A stretch of DNA of 64,000 nt from Bacillales bacterium UBA5455 (lineage in GTDB: Bacteria > Bacillota_I > Bacilli_A > RFN20 > CAG-826), in contig DIQT01000007.1 in the NCBI GenBank assembly GCA_002427365.1, forward strand, positions 67,758-131,757, read 5' to 3'. The notes below the pieces were generated by a model, which saw nothing but the letters and a program-made list of their open reading frames with translations, had not been told where the DNA came from and searched no databases. Positions 39,469 through 50,428 of this stretch are shown one piece after another (within the stretch, counting starts at the first letter, position 1; each line of letters begins with the position of its first letter). A program made the translations under genes and the position numbers.

Positions 39469-39965
39469 TGATTAGACAAGCAACACTTAATGATAAAAAT
39501 GAAGTCTTAGCAATCTACGCATCTGCAACTAGTTATATTCATAGTTATGGTTCCCCCCAGTGGCAAAATGGAACTGGACCAAATAATGAAACGTTTCTAA
39601 GAGATGTTTCGAATAACGCCCTATACGTATTAATTGAAGAAAATAAAATCGTCGCAGTTACGAGTATTTTTAACTATGAACCAACATATGATGTTATTGA
39701 TGGTGCATGGCCAACTGACGGCCCTTATTTTGCGATGCACCGCATTGCCAAAGCAAGTAATCGTAAAGGTAAAAAAGATATTGAGCAGTTTTTTTCTTAC
39801 ATTAAAAACGAGCTAAACGGTGTGCGGATTCGAATTGATACACATCATTTAAACACTAATATGAAGAACTTATTATTACGAAATGGCTTTATCTATGCGG
39901 GTGTTATTTCGCTTAATCAAGAGCAAGATAAAGAGCGGCTTGCCTATCAATTAGATTTTAATTAA
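39468..39965 (+). CDS. GNAT-family N-acetyltransferase
   Basis: 165 aa with acetyl-CoA-binding-like motif. Coupled to the CAT gene (ATGA overlap). Confidence 0.6.
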   Translation: MIRQATLNDKNEVLAIYASATSYIHSYGSPQWQNGTGPNNETFLRDVSNNALYVLIEENKIVAVTSIFNYEPTYDVIDGAWPTDGPYFAMHRIAKASNRKGKKDIEQFFSYIKNELNGVRIRIDTHHLNTNMKNLLLRNGFIYAGVISLNQEQDKERLAYQLDFN

Positions 39966-40068
39966 TGAGACAAATAAGATTATTAAGAAAAATATCATTT
40001 TTTCCGCCACAAGGGTCAAAATTAGGTAAAATAATATATAGCGCTTTACGAAGAAGGAGTTTAGAAAT

Positions 40069-41070
40069 ATGAAAGTAACAAAAAAAGATGATTTAATTGT
40101 TTTAGTAAATGAATTAGGCATGGAAGTAACGCTTTCAAGTTATGGAGCGGGAATTTATGATATTCGCTTACCCGATAAAAATGGTGAACTTAAATCAATT
40201 GTTGTGCGACCCGAAAATTATCAAGCTTACAAAAGTTCTAAAAGCTATTTTGGTAAAACACTTGGCTTTAATGCTGGTCGCTTAAAAGATTCTAAACTCT
40301 TCTTAAACGATAAAGAATATTTAGTTAAAAGTCCATCAAACGACGCTCTTCATGGCGGGGTTAATGGCTTATCCTTTCAATATTTTGAAAACATCGTTAA
40401 AAGTAAAAACGAACATGAATATACAGTTATTTTTCGTCACGCTGCTAAACATTTAAGTGATGACTTACCAGGAAATCGCAAGGTTGGTGTTATTTATACA
40501 TTTGGTAGAAAACAAAATAAACTTTCAATTGAATACCAAGTTGAAACGGATGTTAATACCGTTGCTAACTTATCAAACCATGTTTACTTTAATTTAAATG
40601 GCGGTGGTTCAATCTTAAATCATGAACTAATGATTAAAGCATCGCACTATGTGAAACTTGATAAAAAGTTAATTGGTGTTGAAGTTAAACCCGTTAATGA
40701 AACAATGGATTTCCGTGTTTCAAAACCAATTGGTACGCATATTAATGACCTTGAAATTAGAAAAATTGCCCAAGGTTATGATCATCCATGGATTTTAGAT
40801 GAACATACACTTGATGAACCAGTCGCAATCTTAAAAAATGAAGAGCACCAAGTTAATATTTATACAACTTATCCCGCGTTAGTGTTTTATAGTGGTAACT
40901 ACTTACCAGATGTACCAACGAATAACGGAAAGATTACGTATCATGAATGTGTCGCGCTTGAGCCACAATGTGTACCAAACGCTATTAATAATCCCTTAGG
41001 ACAAAGTGAAACAGGATTATTACTCGCAGATGAAAGTAGTATTCATAAAATCATTTTTACTTTTGAATAA
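40069..41070 (+). CDS. aldose 1-epimerase (galactose mutarotase-like) family protein
   Basis: 333 aa beta-sandwich mutarotase-like pattern (…ALHGG…, …HVYFNL…, E in C-terminal …CVALEPQ…). Confidence 0.65.
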   Translation: MKVTKKDDLIVLVNELGMEVTLSSYGAGIYDIRLPDKNGELKSIVVRPENYQAYKSSKSYFGKTLGFNAGRLKDSKLFLNDKEYLVKSPSNDALHGGVNGLSFQYFENIVKSKNEHEYTVIFRHAAKHLSDDLPGNRKVGVIYTFGRKQNKLSIEYQVETDVNTVANLSNHVYFNLNGGGSILNHELMIKASHYVKLDKKLIGVEVKPVNETMDFRVSKPIGTHINDLEIRKIAQGYDHPWILDEHTLDEPVAILKNEEHQVNIYTTYPALVFYSGNYLPDVPTNNGKITYHECVALEPQCVPNAINNPLGQSETGLLLADESSIHKIIFTFE

Positions 41071-41085
41071 AGAAGGAAGCTAGCA

Positions 41086-42693
41086 ATGAAACATATTAAA
41101 GATGTCGCTAAAATATTAAAAATTAATGACGACGCCCTTGAACTTTATGGAAATTATAAAGCTAAAATTAATGTTGAAAAACTAAATTCTAAAGCTAACA
41201 AACAAGGCAAAATTATTTTAATGACCGCGATGACCCCAACACTGGCGGGTGAAGGAAAAACAACGTGCTCAATCGCCTTATTAGATGGCTTACGGGCAAA
41301 TGGTTATGATGCGGTAGCTACTTTAAGAGAACCTTCACTTGGCCCAGTTTTTGGTATGAAAGGCGGGGCAACGGGGGGCGGCAAAGCCCAAATTGTTCCG
41401 GAAGAAGAAATTAACCTTCATTTTACGGGTGATATTCATGCTTTAACTAGTAGTGTTAATTTAATCGCCGCGATTATTGATAACCATTTATTTCAAGGAA
41501 ACGAATTAAATGTTAACCCCGACAAAATTGTTTGGAAACGCGCGATTGATATGAATGATCGAGCGTTACGTGAAATTACGGTCGCTTTAGGTAAAGGAAA
41601 TGGAAATCCTCATCAAAGCGCCTTTCAAATAACAACCGCGAGTGAATTAATGGCGATTTTATGTTTAGCTAAAGATGAAAGCGACTTCTTAAAGCGGATT
41701 AGAAAAATGGTTGTTGCGTATACTTATGACGATCAACCAATTACCGTTAATGATTTAAAAGTTTCGCATGCGGTGATGAAACTAATGAAAGAAGCATTTA
41801 AACCAAATCTCGTTCAAACATTAGAAGGAAACCCCGTTATTATTCATGGCGGACCATTTGCAAATATCGCTCATGGCTGTAACTCGGTAATTGCGCTTGA
41901 TGTTGCCCGATCACTAAGCGACTATGTCATAACTGAAGCGGGTTTTGGCGCTGATTTAGGTGCAGAAAAGTTTTTGGATATTGCAATGCCTGCTGCTAAC
42001 TTATCATGTGACCTTGCGGTAGTTGTCGCAACCGTGCGTGCCCTTAAACTCCATGGCGGTGTTAGTTATGAAGATTTAGATAAAGAAAACCTTGAAGCAA
42101 TGCTAAAAGGGACCGCTAACTTAAAACGGCATTTAGATAACCTTGCAAAGTTTGGTGTTCCCGTTGTTGTTTGTATAAATAAATTCACTTTAGACACCGA
42201 AAATGAATTAAAAGCCTTACAAAACTGGTGTGAAAGTAATTTATATCCATCCGCTATCCTTGATTCGTTTAGCTTAGGAAGTAAAGGAGCGAAAGATCTT
42301 AGTGAAGTCGTTGTAAAAACATTAAAGAAAACTAAATCAAACTATCATCCTTTATACGATGTTAATTTAAGTATTAAAGAAAAGATTGATATTCTTGCCA
42401 AAGAAATCTACCATGCCGAAAAAGTTGAATATAGCCTAACCGCGAAAGAACAAATTAAAAAGTATACGGAAATGGGGTATGGTAATACACTAATATGTAT
42501 TGCAAAAACCCAGTATTCCTTTAGTGATGATCCAAAATTATTAAATGCCCCAACTGGCCATACATTTACGATTCGCGAACTAGGCTTATCTGCTGGTGCG
42601 GGCTTTATTGTTCCAATGAGTGGCGAAGTAATGATTATGCCAGGGCTTCGAAAAGTTCCTAGCGCAATCAAAATGGAAGAAGAACCTTACTAA
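41086..42693 (+). CDS. fhs: formate--tetrahydrofolate ligase
   Basis: 535 aa with TPTLAGEGKTT P-loop and conserved FTHFS blocks. Confidence 0.9.
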   Translation: MKHIKDVAKILKINDDALELYGNYKAKINVEKLNSKANKQGKIILMTAMTPTLAGEGKTTCSIALLDGLRANGYDAVATLREPSLGPVFGMKGGATGGGKAQIVPEEEINLHFTGDIHALTSSVNLIAAIIDNHLFQGNELNVNPDKIVWKRAIDMNDRALREITVALGKGNGNPHQSAFQITTASELMAILCLAKDESDFLKRIRKMVVAYTYDDQPITVNDLKVSHAVMKLMKEAFKPNLVQTLEGNPVIIHGGPFANIAHGCNSVIALDVARSLSDYVITEAGFGADLGAEKFLDIAMPAANLSCDLAVVVATVRALKLHGGVSYEDLDKENLEAMLKGTANLKRHLDNLAKFGVPVVVCINKFTLDTENELKALQNWCESNLYPSAILDSFSLGSKGAKDLSEVVVKTLKKTKSNYHPLYDVNLSIKEKIDILAKEIYHAEKVEYSLTAKEQIKKYTEMGYGNTLICIAKTQYSFSDDPKLLNAPTGHTFTIRELGLSAGAGFIVPMSGEVMIMPGLRKVPSAIKMEEEPY

Positions 42694-42696
42694 TAA

Positions 42697-42730
42697 CAAA
42701 AAAACAGCTCCAAAAGCTGTTTTCTTTTTT
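42697..42730. terminator. bidirectional rho-independent terminator between convergent fhs and the isochorismatase gene
   Basis: AACAGCT..AGCTGTT hairpin flanked by an A-run and a T-run. Confidence 0.7.
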
Positions 42731-42745
42731 ATATTTTTTAAAAGT

Positions 42746-43264
42746 TTAAATAACGTCGATATGAAGATTTTCTAAAATCGCGTAGGCTTTTGCTTCCATT
42801 TCTAAGTCAAATGAAGCGGACCCTTTCGAATCAACAATGATTCGCGTTTCGGGTTGCGCTGTTTTTGCGACAATCGCATTACTTATAACACACATATTTG
42901 AGACAATCCCAAGTAATGTAATTGTTTCGAATTTATTTTTAAGTAAATATTCGCCTAAAAGGACACTACCAAATGTTGGCTTTTCAAACACGTGATGTTT
43001 TTTAGAAATTTCTTCAAGTTCACCATAAAATAACCAACCATCGGTTCCTTTAATTACGTGTTCAACGGGTAAATATTTTCCTTCCATCGAAGATAAATAG
43101 TTCTCATCATGACTATCACGGGTAAAAATAACTTCATCGTCATTTTTTTCATATTCTTTAATTTGCTCTAAAACATATGGATAAATATCTTTAGCCCACG
43201 CAAAACCAAGTGCTCCATCAATAAAGTCATTTTGCATATCAACAACGATTAATAATTTTTTCAT
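42746..43264 (-). CDS. isochorismatase-family cysteine hydrolase (nicotinamidase/PncA-like)
   Basis: N-terminal LLIVVDMQNDF motif, catalytic Cys region (SNMCVISNA). Confidence 0.7.
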   Translation of the reverse strand: MKKLLIVVDMQNDFIDGALGFAWAKDIYPYVLEQIKEYEKNDDEVIFTRDSHDENYLSSMEGKYLPVEHVIKGTDGWLFYGELEEISKKHHVFEKPTFGSVLLGEYLLKNKFETITLLGIVSNMCVISNAIVAKTAQPETRIIVDSKGSASFDLEMEAKAYAILENLHIDVI

Positions 43265-43302
43265 AATTTAAATCCCATTCCTCTTATAGTCTATCATTTT
43301 TT

Positions 43303-45006
43303 CTAATTTCTAATTTTATATACAACGAAGCCATTATCATCTAACCAATTGTCTTTATATTTATTACTAACAAGAATTTCAGCTGCTTCGGGAATAAATA
43401 ACGGCTTATTATAATAGCCGGTAACAAAAACTATTTTTTCATCTTCATCACCACGTATTAGATAAAAACGATGGTCGTTTGAAGTTATTTCATATTCATA
43501 ACTCGCTAATGCTTTTTGTTCTTTAAGTTTTAATATTTTTTGCACTAACTTAAAGTGTTCACCTTGTTCAAAGCCACTACCCCAAGGCATTGTTCTTCGA
43601 CAATCGGGGTCATAATTACCCGCTAGTGGAACTTCTGTTCCATAATACATACAAGGAATGCCAGGAAACATTACGGTTAAGGCAAGAGCAGAAGTAAGTT
43701 TATCGACGTTTTCATCGACTAATGTATAAAAGCGGTGGGTATCATGGGAATCAAGCAGATTAAGCATCATTTGATTAATATTATCGGGATAGCGCATTAA
43801 AATTGTATTTAGTCGTTCACTTAAAAGGACACAATCAAAAACACCTTGAACATAATAATCAAATAACGCTTTTGTGAAAGAGTAGTTCATAATGCCATCA
43901 AACTCATCACCTTGAAGCCATGGTCCACTTTCGTGCCATGATTCACCAATAATTAATGCATCAGGATTTGCGTCTTTAATTGCCATACGAAATTTCTTCC
44001 AAAACGTATGTGAGACTTCATCCGCGACATCAAGCCGCCAGCCATCAATTTTGAGTTCCTTAATATAATATAAACCAATTTTAATTAAGTAATCTTGCAC
44101 CTTTGGATTACTTGTATTCCATTTAGGCATGTATTTTACTTTAGCGAACGTTTGATAGTTTAAGGGGTCTGTTGATACTTCATCGCCATCAATGATGAAG
44201 TAATCATAATATTTAGAATCTTTACCATGTTTAATAACATCTAAAAAATAGGGATGATTATTTGAACAATGATTAAACACCGCATCTAAAACAATATGCA
44301 TGTTTCGCTGATGTAATTCATCGATTAGTTTCTTTAGTGTTTCTAAATCACCAAACATTGGATCAACTTTATAATAATCAATAACATCATACTTATGATT
44401 TGAGGGACTTAGGTTAATTGGGGTTAAATAAAGCGCGTTAACACCTAAATCTTGTAAGTAGTCGAGTTTATTATAAACGCCCGCTAAATCGCCGCCTAAG
44501 AACGATTTAGGCGTAGGTTTACTTCCCCACGTCAAATTAATATAATCGAGGTTTTTATTTTGATTACCAATGTTAAAGCGGTCCACAAAGATTTGATAAA
44601 AGACTGCGCTTTTACTCCATAACGGAATATGAACTAAATCAACTTTATTTGTATAAGGCATTTGGAAGAAGTCATAATAAGATAGTTCATAATTATAACT
44701 TCCTGAAACACCTTTTTCGCTGTAGTAGATCAATGAATTTCCAGTATTCAATATAAAAATATAAGCTAAACGTGAATCGTTAAGTGTTAAAACGCTTTCA
44801 TAATAGGCATACCATTCATCTTCCGCTTTTAGTTTCATTTCAATTTGTTCCCGTTTATGTTGAAAGTCAAATTTCATTCCATAAACGAGTGTTATTGCGG
44901 AAAATTTATCATATCGCCCAACGCGTAAGCGAATTACAAATGTATGTTCATCACGGTTAAATCCGTAAGCTGATTGTGGTTGATGATAGATGGCGGGAAT
45001 GTTCAT
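43303..45006 (-). CDS. GH13 alpha-amylase family enzyme (neopullulanase / cyclomaltodextrinase / maltogenic amylase type)
   Basis: GH13 regions (DAVFNH, GWRLDVADEV, IGESWH, LLDSHDTHR) with N-terminal domain. Start reassigned to ATG 45006 (MNIPAIYHQP) with AAGGAG RBS. The track ORF over-extends. Confidence 0.8.
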   Translation of the reverse strand: MNIPAIYHQPQSAYGFNRDEHTFVIRLRVGRYDKFSAITLVYGMKFDFQHKREQIEMKLKAEDEWYAYYESVLTLNDSRLAYIFILNTGNSLIYYSEKGVSGSYNYELSYYDFFQMPYTNKVDLVHIPLWSKSAVFYQIFVDRFNIGNQNKNLDYINLTWGSKPTPKSFLGGDLAGVYNKLDYLQDLGVNALYLTPINLSPSNHKYDVIDYYKVDPMFGDLETLKKLIDELHQRNMHIVLDAVFNHCSNNHPYFLDVIKHGKDSKYYDYFIIDGDEVSTDPLNYQTFAKVKYMPKWNTSNPKVQDYLIKIGLYYIKELKIDGWRLDVADEVSHTFWKKFRMAIKDANPDALIIGESWHESGPWLQGDEFDGIMNYSFTKALFDYYVQGVFDCVLLSERLNTILMRYPDNINQMMLNLLDSHDTHRFYTLVDENVDKLTSALALTVMFPGIPCMYYGTEVPLAGNYDPDCRRTMPWGSGFEQGEHFKLVQKILKLKEQKALASYEYEITSNDHRFYLIRGDEDEKIVFVTGYYNKPLFIPEAAEILVSNKYKDNWLDDNGFVVYKIRN

Positions 45007-45162
45007 AGATGCTTTTCTCCTTAAAATTAAGTAATTTTTATTGTTTAAGTTGTAATTTATTATATAATAAATAAGTTGTTTAAAGGCAAAAAATTTAAAA
45101 GTAATTATATTTAACGGCAATGGGAGGAAGTATCTAGTAAAAAAACTAGGGAAAAGCAGTTT

Positions 45163-45969
45163 ATGAAAAAAGTAACCATTAAAGATATCGCTCGCGAGGC
45201 GGGCGTTTCAACCGCGACCGTATCGTATGTTCTCAATAATCGGAGTGAACAAAAAATCTCCGACGCGACAAAAGCCAGAGTTTTACAAATTGTTAACTTA
45301 TACAATTATAAACCAAGCGGAAGCGCAAAAAACCTTACACCAGCTTTAACAAAAATGATTGCAGTTTATGTTGGTGATGCGGCCTTAGGATTAGGTTCCT
45401 ATAGTGAATGGCGGACTTTATCATTACTTCGTGATGCCTTTGCTAAAGAAAAATACAATTTAGTTTTACAAAATAAAGAAAACATTAAACGTCTTGATAA
45501 CGTTGATGCGATTATCTGTCATGGCACGACTGTTGATTATTTCCGTTCCCTTGCGGAATTAAACTTCGTTCCCGTTATTGCCGTTGATTTATATGTTAAT
45601 GATGGACTTTTCTTCCAAGTTAATTCTAATTACCGTCGGGTTGTTGATCTCGCGGTGGAAGCGTTTGGTTATACGGAATTTACAATTGTTATTCCTGATG
45701 GCTTATCACCACAAGTTCGTGGTCAACTAAGAAGAGCCTATCAAACTAAAGTTGTTCGTGATTTAGATGGCTTAAAAGAATATCTTCTAGAAAATATGGA
45801 TCAACACATTATGGTTTATGGTGATGAATTAGCAAAAATCGCTAAACTCATTAAACCCGATGTTGTTAGCTTCCCAAGCTTCAATGAAGAAAAAGCCAAT
45901 ACGGTTGTTCAATGCGCGAAAAAAGCTATTTTACGGCAAGATGTTTCCCAAAAACACTTTGAAGTATAA
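45163..45969 (+). CDS. LacI-family transcriptional regulator
   Basis: N-terminal HTH (IKDIAREAGVSTATVSYVLNN) and sugar-binding-like domain. 268 aa, short for the family. Confidence 0.7.
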   Translation: MKKVTIKDIAREAGVSTATVSYVLNNRSEQKISDATKARVLQIVNLYNYKPSGSAKNLTPALTKMIAVYVGDAALGLGSYSEWRTLSLLRDAFAKEKYNLVLQNKENIKRLDNVDAIICHGTTVDYFRSLAELNFVPVIAVDLYVNDGLFFQVNSNYRRVVDLAVEAFGYTEFTIVIPDGLSPQVRGQLRRAYQTKVVRDLDGLKEYLLENMDQHIMVYGDELAKIAKLIKPDVVSFPSFNEEKANTVVQCAKKAILRQDVSQKHFEV

Positions 45970-46094
45970 TAGAAGAATAAATTTAACTTATGAGCTCGCT
46001 TAAAAGGCGGGCTTTTAATTTTAACAAAATGTCAAAAAGCAACTGTTTCAATATAAATGAGCATTTATCCATCGAAGTGGTTATAAACGTTTTA

Positions 46095-46913
46095 TTAATT
46101 TTCGTTAGCCTTAATTATTTTACGATATTCGCTTGGCGAAGAACCAATTCGCTCTTTAAAAACTTTTGTAAAATAGGATGGAGAATTAAATCCAACAGCA
46201 GTGCCGATTTCGACAATATTCATATCGGATATTTTTAGAAGATTTTTTGCTTCATCAATTTGCCGATTAATTTTATATTCAATAATTCCGACCCCATATT
46301 TTTCTTTAAAGTGATGCGAAATAGTCGAAACGCTCATTGCGTTTCGCTTTGCTAAATCCGATAAAGAGAAATTAATATAATAATAATTATCAAGAAGTTG
46401 TTTAAGATTTCCCGCATAAAAATCACTATTTAAATCATCACCATTTAATGGCTTGACTTCAATTTCACGGTTTAATAAGAAAAGAAGCGTTGTTAAACTG
46501 TTCTCAATAATTAATTCATAATTCTTTTTCTTTTCTTCCGCCTCGCGATAAATTGTATGATAAATTGATACGACCGATTGATAAACTTTGTTTCGTAAAT
46601 GGAAGACAAAGTTTTGTGAATTAATAATATCGGATCGAATTACACTTTCTTCTAAAATTCCTAAAGCATAAAAACGAAGATTTACACTACTAATTTCATA
46701 GTGTGTAACATTTGGGCCAATAAAAACAATGTCACCAACTTGAACGGGTAAAGTTAAGTTATACATTTTCATAAACCCACGACCTTTCGTCACAAGCAAA
46801 ATCTCTAAATTCGGGTGAGAATGGGGTGTTGCTTGGAAGTTGTTATCAATGGTAGTGTCCGAAACATAAATCAAAGGAGCATTAATGTTTTCCATGATAA
46901 TTCGTTTATGCAT
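46095..46913 (-). CDS. AraC-family regulator (cupin sensor + AraC HTH), divergent from rhaBAD
   Basis: Cupin N-domain plus C-terminal dual HTH. Start set to ATG 46913 (MHKRII) behind AAGGAGG. Confidence 0.75.
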   Translation of the reverse strand: MHKRIIMENINAPLIYVSDTTIDNNFQATPHSHPNLEILLVTKGRGFMKMYNLTLPVQVGDIVFIGPNVTHYEISSVNLRFYALGILEESVIRSDIINSQNFVFHLRNKVYQSVVSIYHTIYREAEEKKKNYELIIENSLTTLLFLLNREIEVKPLNGDDLNSDFYAGNLKQLLDNYYYINFSLSDLAKRNAMSVSTISHHFKEKYGVGIIEYKINRQIDEAKNLLKISDMNIVEIGTAVGFNSPSYFTKVFKERIGSSPSEYRKIIKANEN

Positions 46914-47004
46914 ATAGCCTCCTTGCAAGAAAGTTTAAGTTTATTGCAGTATCATTATATACATTTTTAAAATTTATGTCTATTATGTAGTTGAGGATAT
47001 TACA

Positions 47005-48330
47005 GTGAAATATTATTTGGCTATCGATATTGGCGCGTCATCGGGACGTTTAATCGTCGGTTATTTATTGTCAAAACAAGAAATTGCGACGATAGAAACT
47101 TATCGCTTTTCTAATTTCTGCGATGGGTCAGGCGATACTTTAACATGGGATATTGAACGGATTTTTAATGAAATTCTAACCGGTTTAACAAAAACGTTTG
47201 CAATGTTCCCTAAAATAGAATCCTTAGCGATTGATACATGGGGTGTTGATTATGCGTTATTAAATGGTGACCAACTTATTACACCGGTTTACGCATATCG
47301 ATCAAATCGAACATTAGCGGCGATTGAAGAAGTTGAAACAAAAATTTCTTTTTCCAATTTATATGAACGAACCGGATGCCAATTTCAAAAGTTCAATAGT
47401 ATTTATCAATTAGTAACAGATTTAAATGCTGGACGGCTAGAAAAAGCGACAGATTTCTTAATGATTCCTGAATACTTAACATATTTATTAACAGGACAAA
47501 AAGTAAAAGAATATACTAATGCATCAACGGCCGGGTTATTAAACTTAACAAAGAAAGACTACGATCAAACAATTATTAATAGGCTAAACCTTCCAAACCA
47601 TTTATTTTCAAAACCAGTTGTTCCACCCGCAAGCGTTGGTACTCTTCGTCCGGAAATTGCAAAAATTGTCGGTGGTAACACATTAGTTAAACTATGCGCC
47701 TCGCACGATACGGCATCCGCGATTGAAGCGCTTGATAATGATTATCATGATTTATATTTATCTTCAGGAACATGGTCGTTATTAGGAGTAAAAACATCTT
47801 CACCAATAACATGTCTTGACGCCTTGAAACACAACTTTAGTAATGAAGCCGGACCTAACTACATTCGTTTTCAAAAAAATATAATGGGTTTATGGATGAT
47901 TCAATGTCTTGAACAAGAATATAAATTAAGCTTCCAAGAAATGATTGCACTAGCGAAACAAAGTGAGTTTACTGAAATAGTTAATGTTAATGATGAAAGC
48001 TTCTTAGCTCCAAAAAATATGGAACTCGCAATTATTGCCTATTTAAAAAAGCATAATCAACGTTTGCCAGAAGAAAAAGGCGATGTTATTAACTCGGTCT
48101 TTCATTCTCTTGCTGAATCTTATCGAGCGGCAATTGAAGTAATTGAAAAGCTGACAAACAAAAAATATCGCCGGTTAACAATTATTGGCGGTGGGGCCAA
48201 AAACGAGTATTTAAATGAATTAACGGCTCGTTACACAAAAAAAGAAGTAATTGCCTTACCAATTGAGGCATCAGCGATTGGAAATTTAAAAAATCAAATG
48301 GAGGAAATTGATGATGGACGAAAACACTAA
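47005..48330 (+). CDS. rhaB: rhamnulokinase (FGGY family)
   Basis: 441 aa FGGY kinase with N-terminal DIGASSGR. Lies before rhaA/rhaD. Confidence 0.8.
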   Translation: MKYYLAIDIGASSGRLIVGYLLSKQEIATIETYRFSNFCDGSGDTLTWDIERIFNEILTGLTKTFAMFPKIESLAIDTWGVDYALLNGDQLITPVYAYRSNRTLAAIEEVETKISFSNLYERTGCQFQKFNSIYQLVTDLNAGRLEKATDFLMIPEYLTYLLTGQKVKEYTNASTAGLLNLTKKDYDQTIINRLNLPNHLFSKPVVPPASVGTLRPEIAKIVGGNTLVKLCASHDTASAIEALDNDYHDLYLSSGTWSLLGVKTSSPITCLDALKHNFSNEAGPNYIRFQKNIMGLWMIQCLEQEYKLSFQEMIALAKQSEFTEIVNVNDESFLAPKNMELAIIAYLKKHNQRLPEEKGDVINSVFHSLAESYRAAIEVIEKLTNKKYRRLTIIGGGAKNEYLNELTARYTKKEVIALPIEASAIGNLKNQMEEIDDGRKH

Positions 48331-49555
48331 AAAAAGTTTTGCTAAATATGGAATTGATATCGAACAAGTATTTGAAAAGTTACGTACTTTTGATATTAGT
48401 CTTCAATGTTGGCAATTAGACGACGTTAGTGGATTTGAGGCAAAGGAAACTTTATCAGGTGGAATTCAAGTAACAGGAAACTATCCTGGTAAAGCAAGAA
48501 ATTTTGAAGAATTAACGAGTGATTTAGATGAAGCTTTAAAACACATTCCTGGTAAAAAAAGTCTAAATTTACACGCGATTTATGGTGTCAGCGATAAAGA
48601 ATATGACCGTCGTGATCTTAAGCCCGCTCATTTTGCTAAGTGGGTAAGTTACGCAAAAGCGCGCAATATCGGGTTAGATTTTAATCCGACGTTATTTTCA
48701 TCTCCAATGGTGAAAAACAACTTAACGCTTTCTTCACCGGATGAACAAGTTCGAAAATACTGGATTGAACATTGTAAAAATTCTCGGATTATTAGTGAGT
48801 ATTTTGGTAAAGAATTAAACCGTAAATCATTATGTAATATTTGGATACCGGATGGTTTTAAAGATGATCCTGCTGATCGGTTTGGTCCACGTAAAAGATT
48901 AAAAGAATCTTTAGATGAAATTTATGATGTAAAATTAGATGACCGATACATCGCTGATTCGGTTGAATCAAAAGTCTTTGGTATCGGAATTGAATCATAC
49001 ACAACCGGCTCGCATGAATTTTACTTAAATTACGCAAACTATAAAAACATTATGTGCCTTCTTGACGCCGGACACTTTCACCCGACTGAAAATGTTGCGG
49101 ACAAACTAAGTTCTTTACTTGTTTTTAACGATGAATTAGCGCTTCATGTTTCGCGTCCTGTCCGGTGGGATTCTGACCATATCATTAAATTAAATGATGA
49201 TTTGCAAGCAATTGCGAATGAAATTGTTAAATTAGATGCACGCGGCAAACAAATTTATATTGGTTTAGATTTCTTTGATGCATCGGTTAATCGTATCGCT
49301 GCATTAGTTATCGGTGCCCGAAATATTCAAAAAGCGTTACTACGTGCTTTATTAACACCGTGGGAAACATTAAAAGAACTGCAAGATAATAATGATTTTA
49401 CCCAAAAGTTAGTCTTAGAAGAAGAATTGAAAATGTTACCATTTGGTGAAATTTGGGCCGCGTACTGTAAAGAAGAAAATGTTATTAGTGATGAAGGTTG
49501 GCTAGAAGAAATAAAAAAATATGAAGAAAAAATTCTTATAAATAGAGGTAACTAA
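48308..49555 (+). CDS. rhaA: L-rhamnose isomerase
   Basis: 415 aa, TIM-barrel xylose-isomerase-like RhaA pattern. Overlaps the rhaB end. Confidence 0.8.
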   Translation: MMMDENTKKSFAKYGIDIEQVFEKLRTFDISLQCWQLDDVSGFEAKETLSGGIQVTGNYPGKARNFEELTSDLDEALKHIPGKKSLNLHAIYGVSDKEYDRRDLKPAHFAKWVSYAKARNIGLDFNPTLFSSPMVKNNLTLSSPDEQVRKYWIEHCKNSRIISEYFGKELNRKSLCNIWIPDGFKDDPADRFGPRKRLKESLDEIYDVKLDDRYIADSVESKVFGIGIESYTTGSHEFYLNYANYKNIMCLLDAGHFHPTENVADKLSSLLVFNDELALHVSRPVRWDSDHIIKLNDDLQAIANEIVKLDARGKQIYIGLDFFDASVNRIAALVIGARNIQKALLRALLTPWETLKELQDNNDFTQKLVLEEELKMLPFGEIWAAYCKEENVISDEGWLEEIKKYEEKILINRGN

Positions 49556-49556
49556 A

Positions 49557-50354
49557 ATGATTATGGATATTTTAGAACAAGTAATTGATATTATTGAAGA
49601 ACTTTATCGGAAGGGTTGGGATGAAAGAAATGGCGGAAATCTTTCCTTAATAATTAGCGAAGCAGAAGTTGCAAAATACGCTGATCCAAAGCAAGTAATG
49701 AGAAGTTTCACTTATGACTTTGATTTATCGCCTTTAATAGGGAAATACTTCATTATTACGGGATCGGGAAAGTATTTTAGAAACGTTGTCAAAGAACCGG
49801 AAGTAACCTTAGGAATTGTTAAAATCGTTGGGGAACATCAAGTTAATTTAGTGTGGGGCTTTGAAACTGGCGCGCATCCAACATCAGAAGCACCAACACA
49901 TTTCCAATGTCATATTGAACGACTTAAAGTTAATCCTAACCATCGCCTTATTATTCATTGTCATCCTGACTACTTAATTGCGATGACACACATTCATGAG
50001 TTAGATGAAAAAATATGGGCATTAGATTTGTGGAAAATGCAAACGGAATCATTAGTTGTCTTCCCCGAAGGAATTGGCGTCCTTCCGTGGACGCTTTGTG
50101 GTAGCGAAGAAATTGGTGTTTTAACTGCCGAAAAAATGAAAGAATATCGCTCAGTTGTTTGGGCACAACACGGCCTATTTGCTTCTGGTGAAGATATTGA
50201 TGAAGTTTTTGGCTTAATTGAAACAATCGAAAAAGCAGCAAAAATTTACATGTTAACTTACGACAAACAAATTAAACAAGAAATTAGTAATGCTCAATTA
50301 TTAAATCTCGCGTGCGCATTTAATGTTACGCCTAAAGAAGGAATTTTAGAGTAA
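49557..50354 (+). CDS. rhaD: rhamnulose-1-phosphate aldolase (class II aldolase/adducin family)
   Basis: 265 aa class II aldolase with metal-binding His residues (HCHPDY, WAQHGLF). Confidence 0.8.
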   Translation: MIMDILEQVIDIIEELYRKGWDERNGGNLSLIISEAEVAKYADPKQVMRSFTYDFDLSPLIGKYFIITGSGKYFRNVVKEPEVTLGIVKIVGEHQVNLVWGFETGAHPTSEAPTHFQCHIERLKVNPNHRLIIHCHPDYLIAMTHIHELDEKIWALDLWKMQTESLVVFPEGIGVLPWTLCGSEEIGVLTAEKMKEYRSVVWAQHGLFASGEDIDEVFGLIETIEKAAKIYMLTYDKQIKQEISNAQLLNLACAFNVTPKEGILE

Positions 50355-50428
50355 GAACGTTGGTCACCTTTACTATATAACTATAAAACACGGATGTGAT
50401 AATTGTATAATTAGAAAGCGAGGACGCT

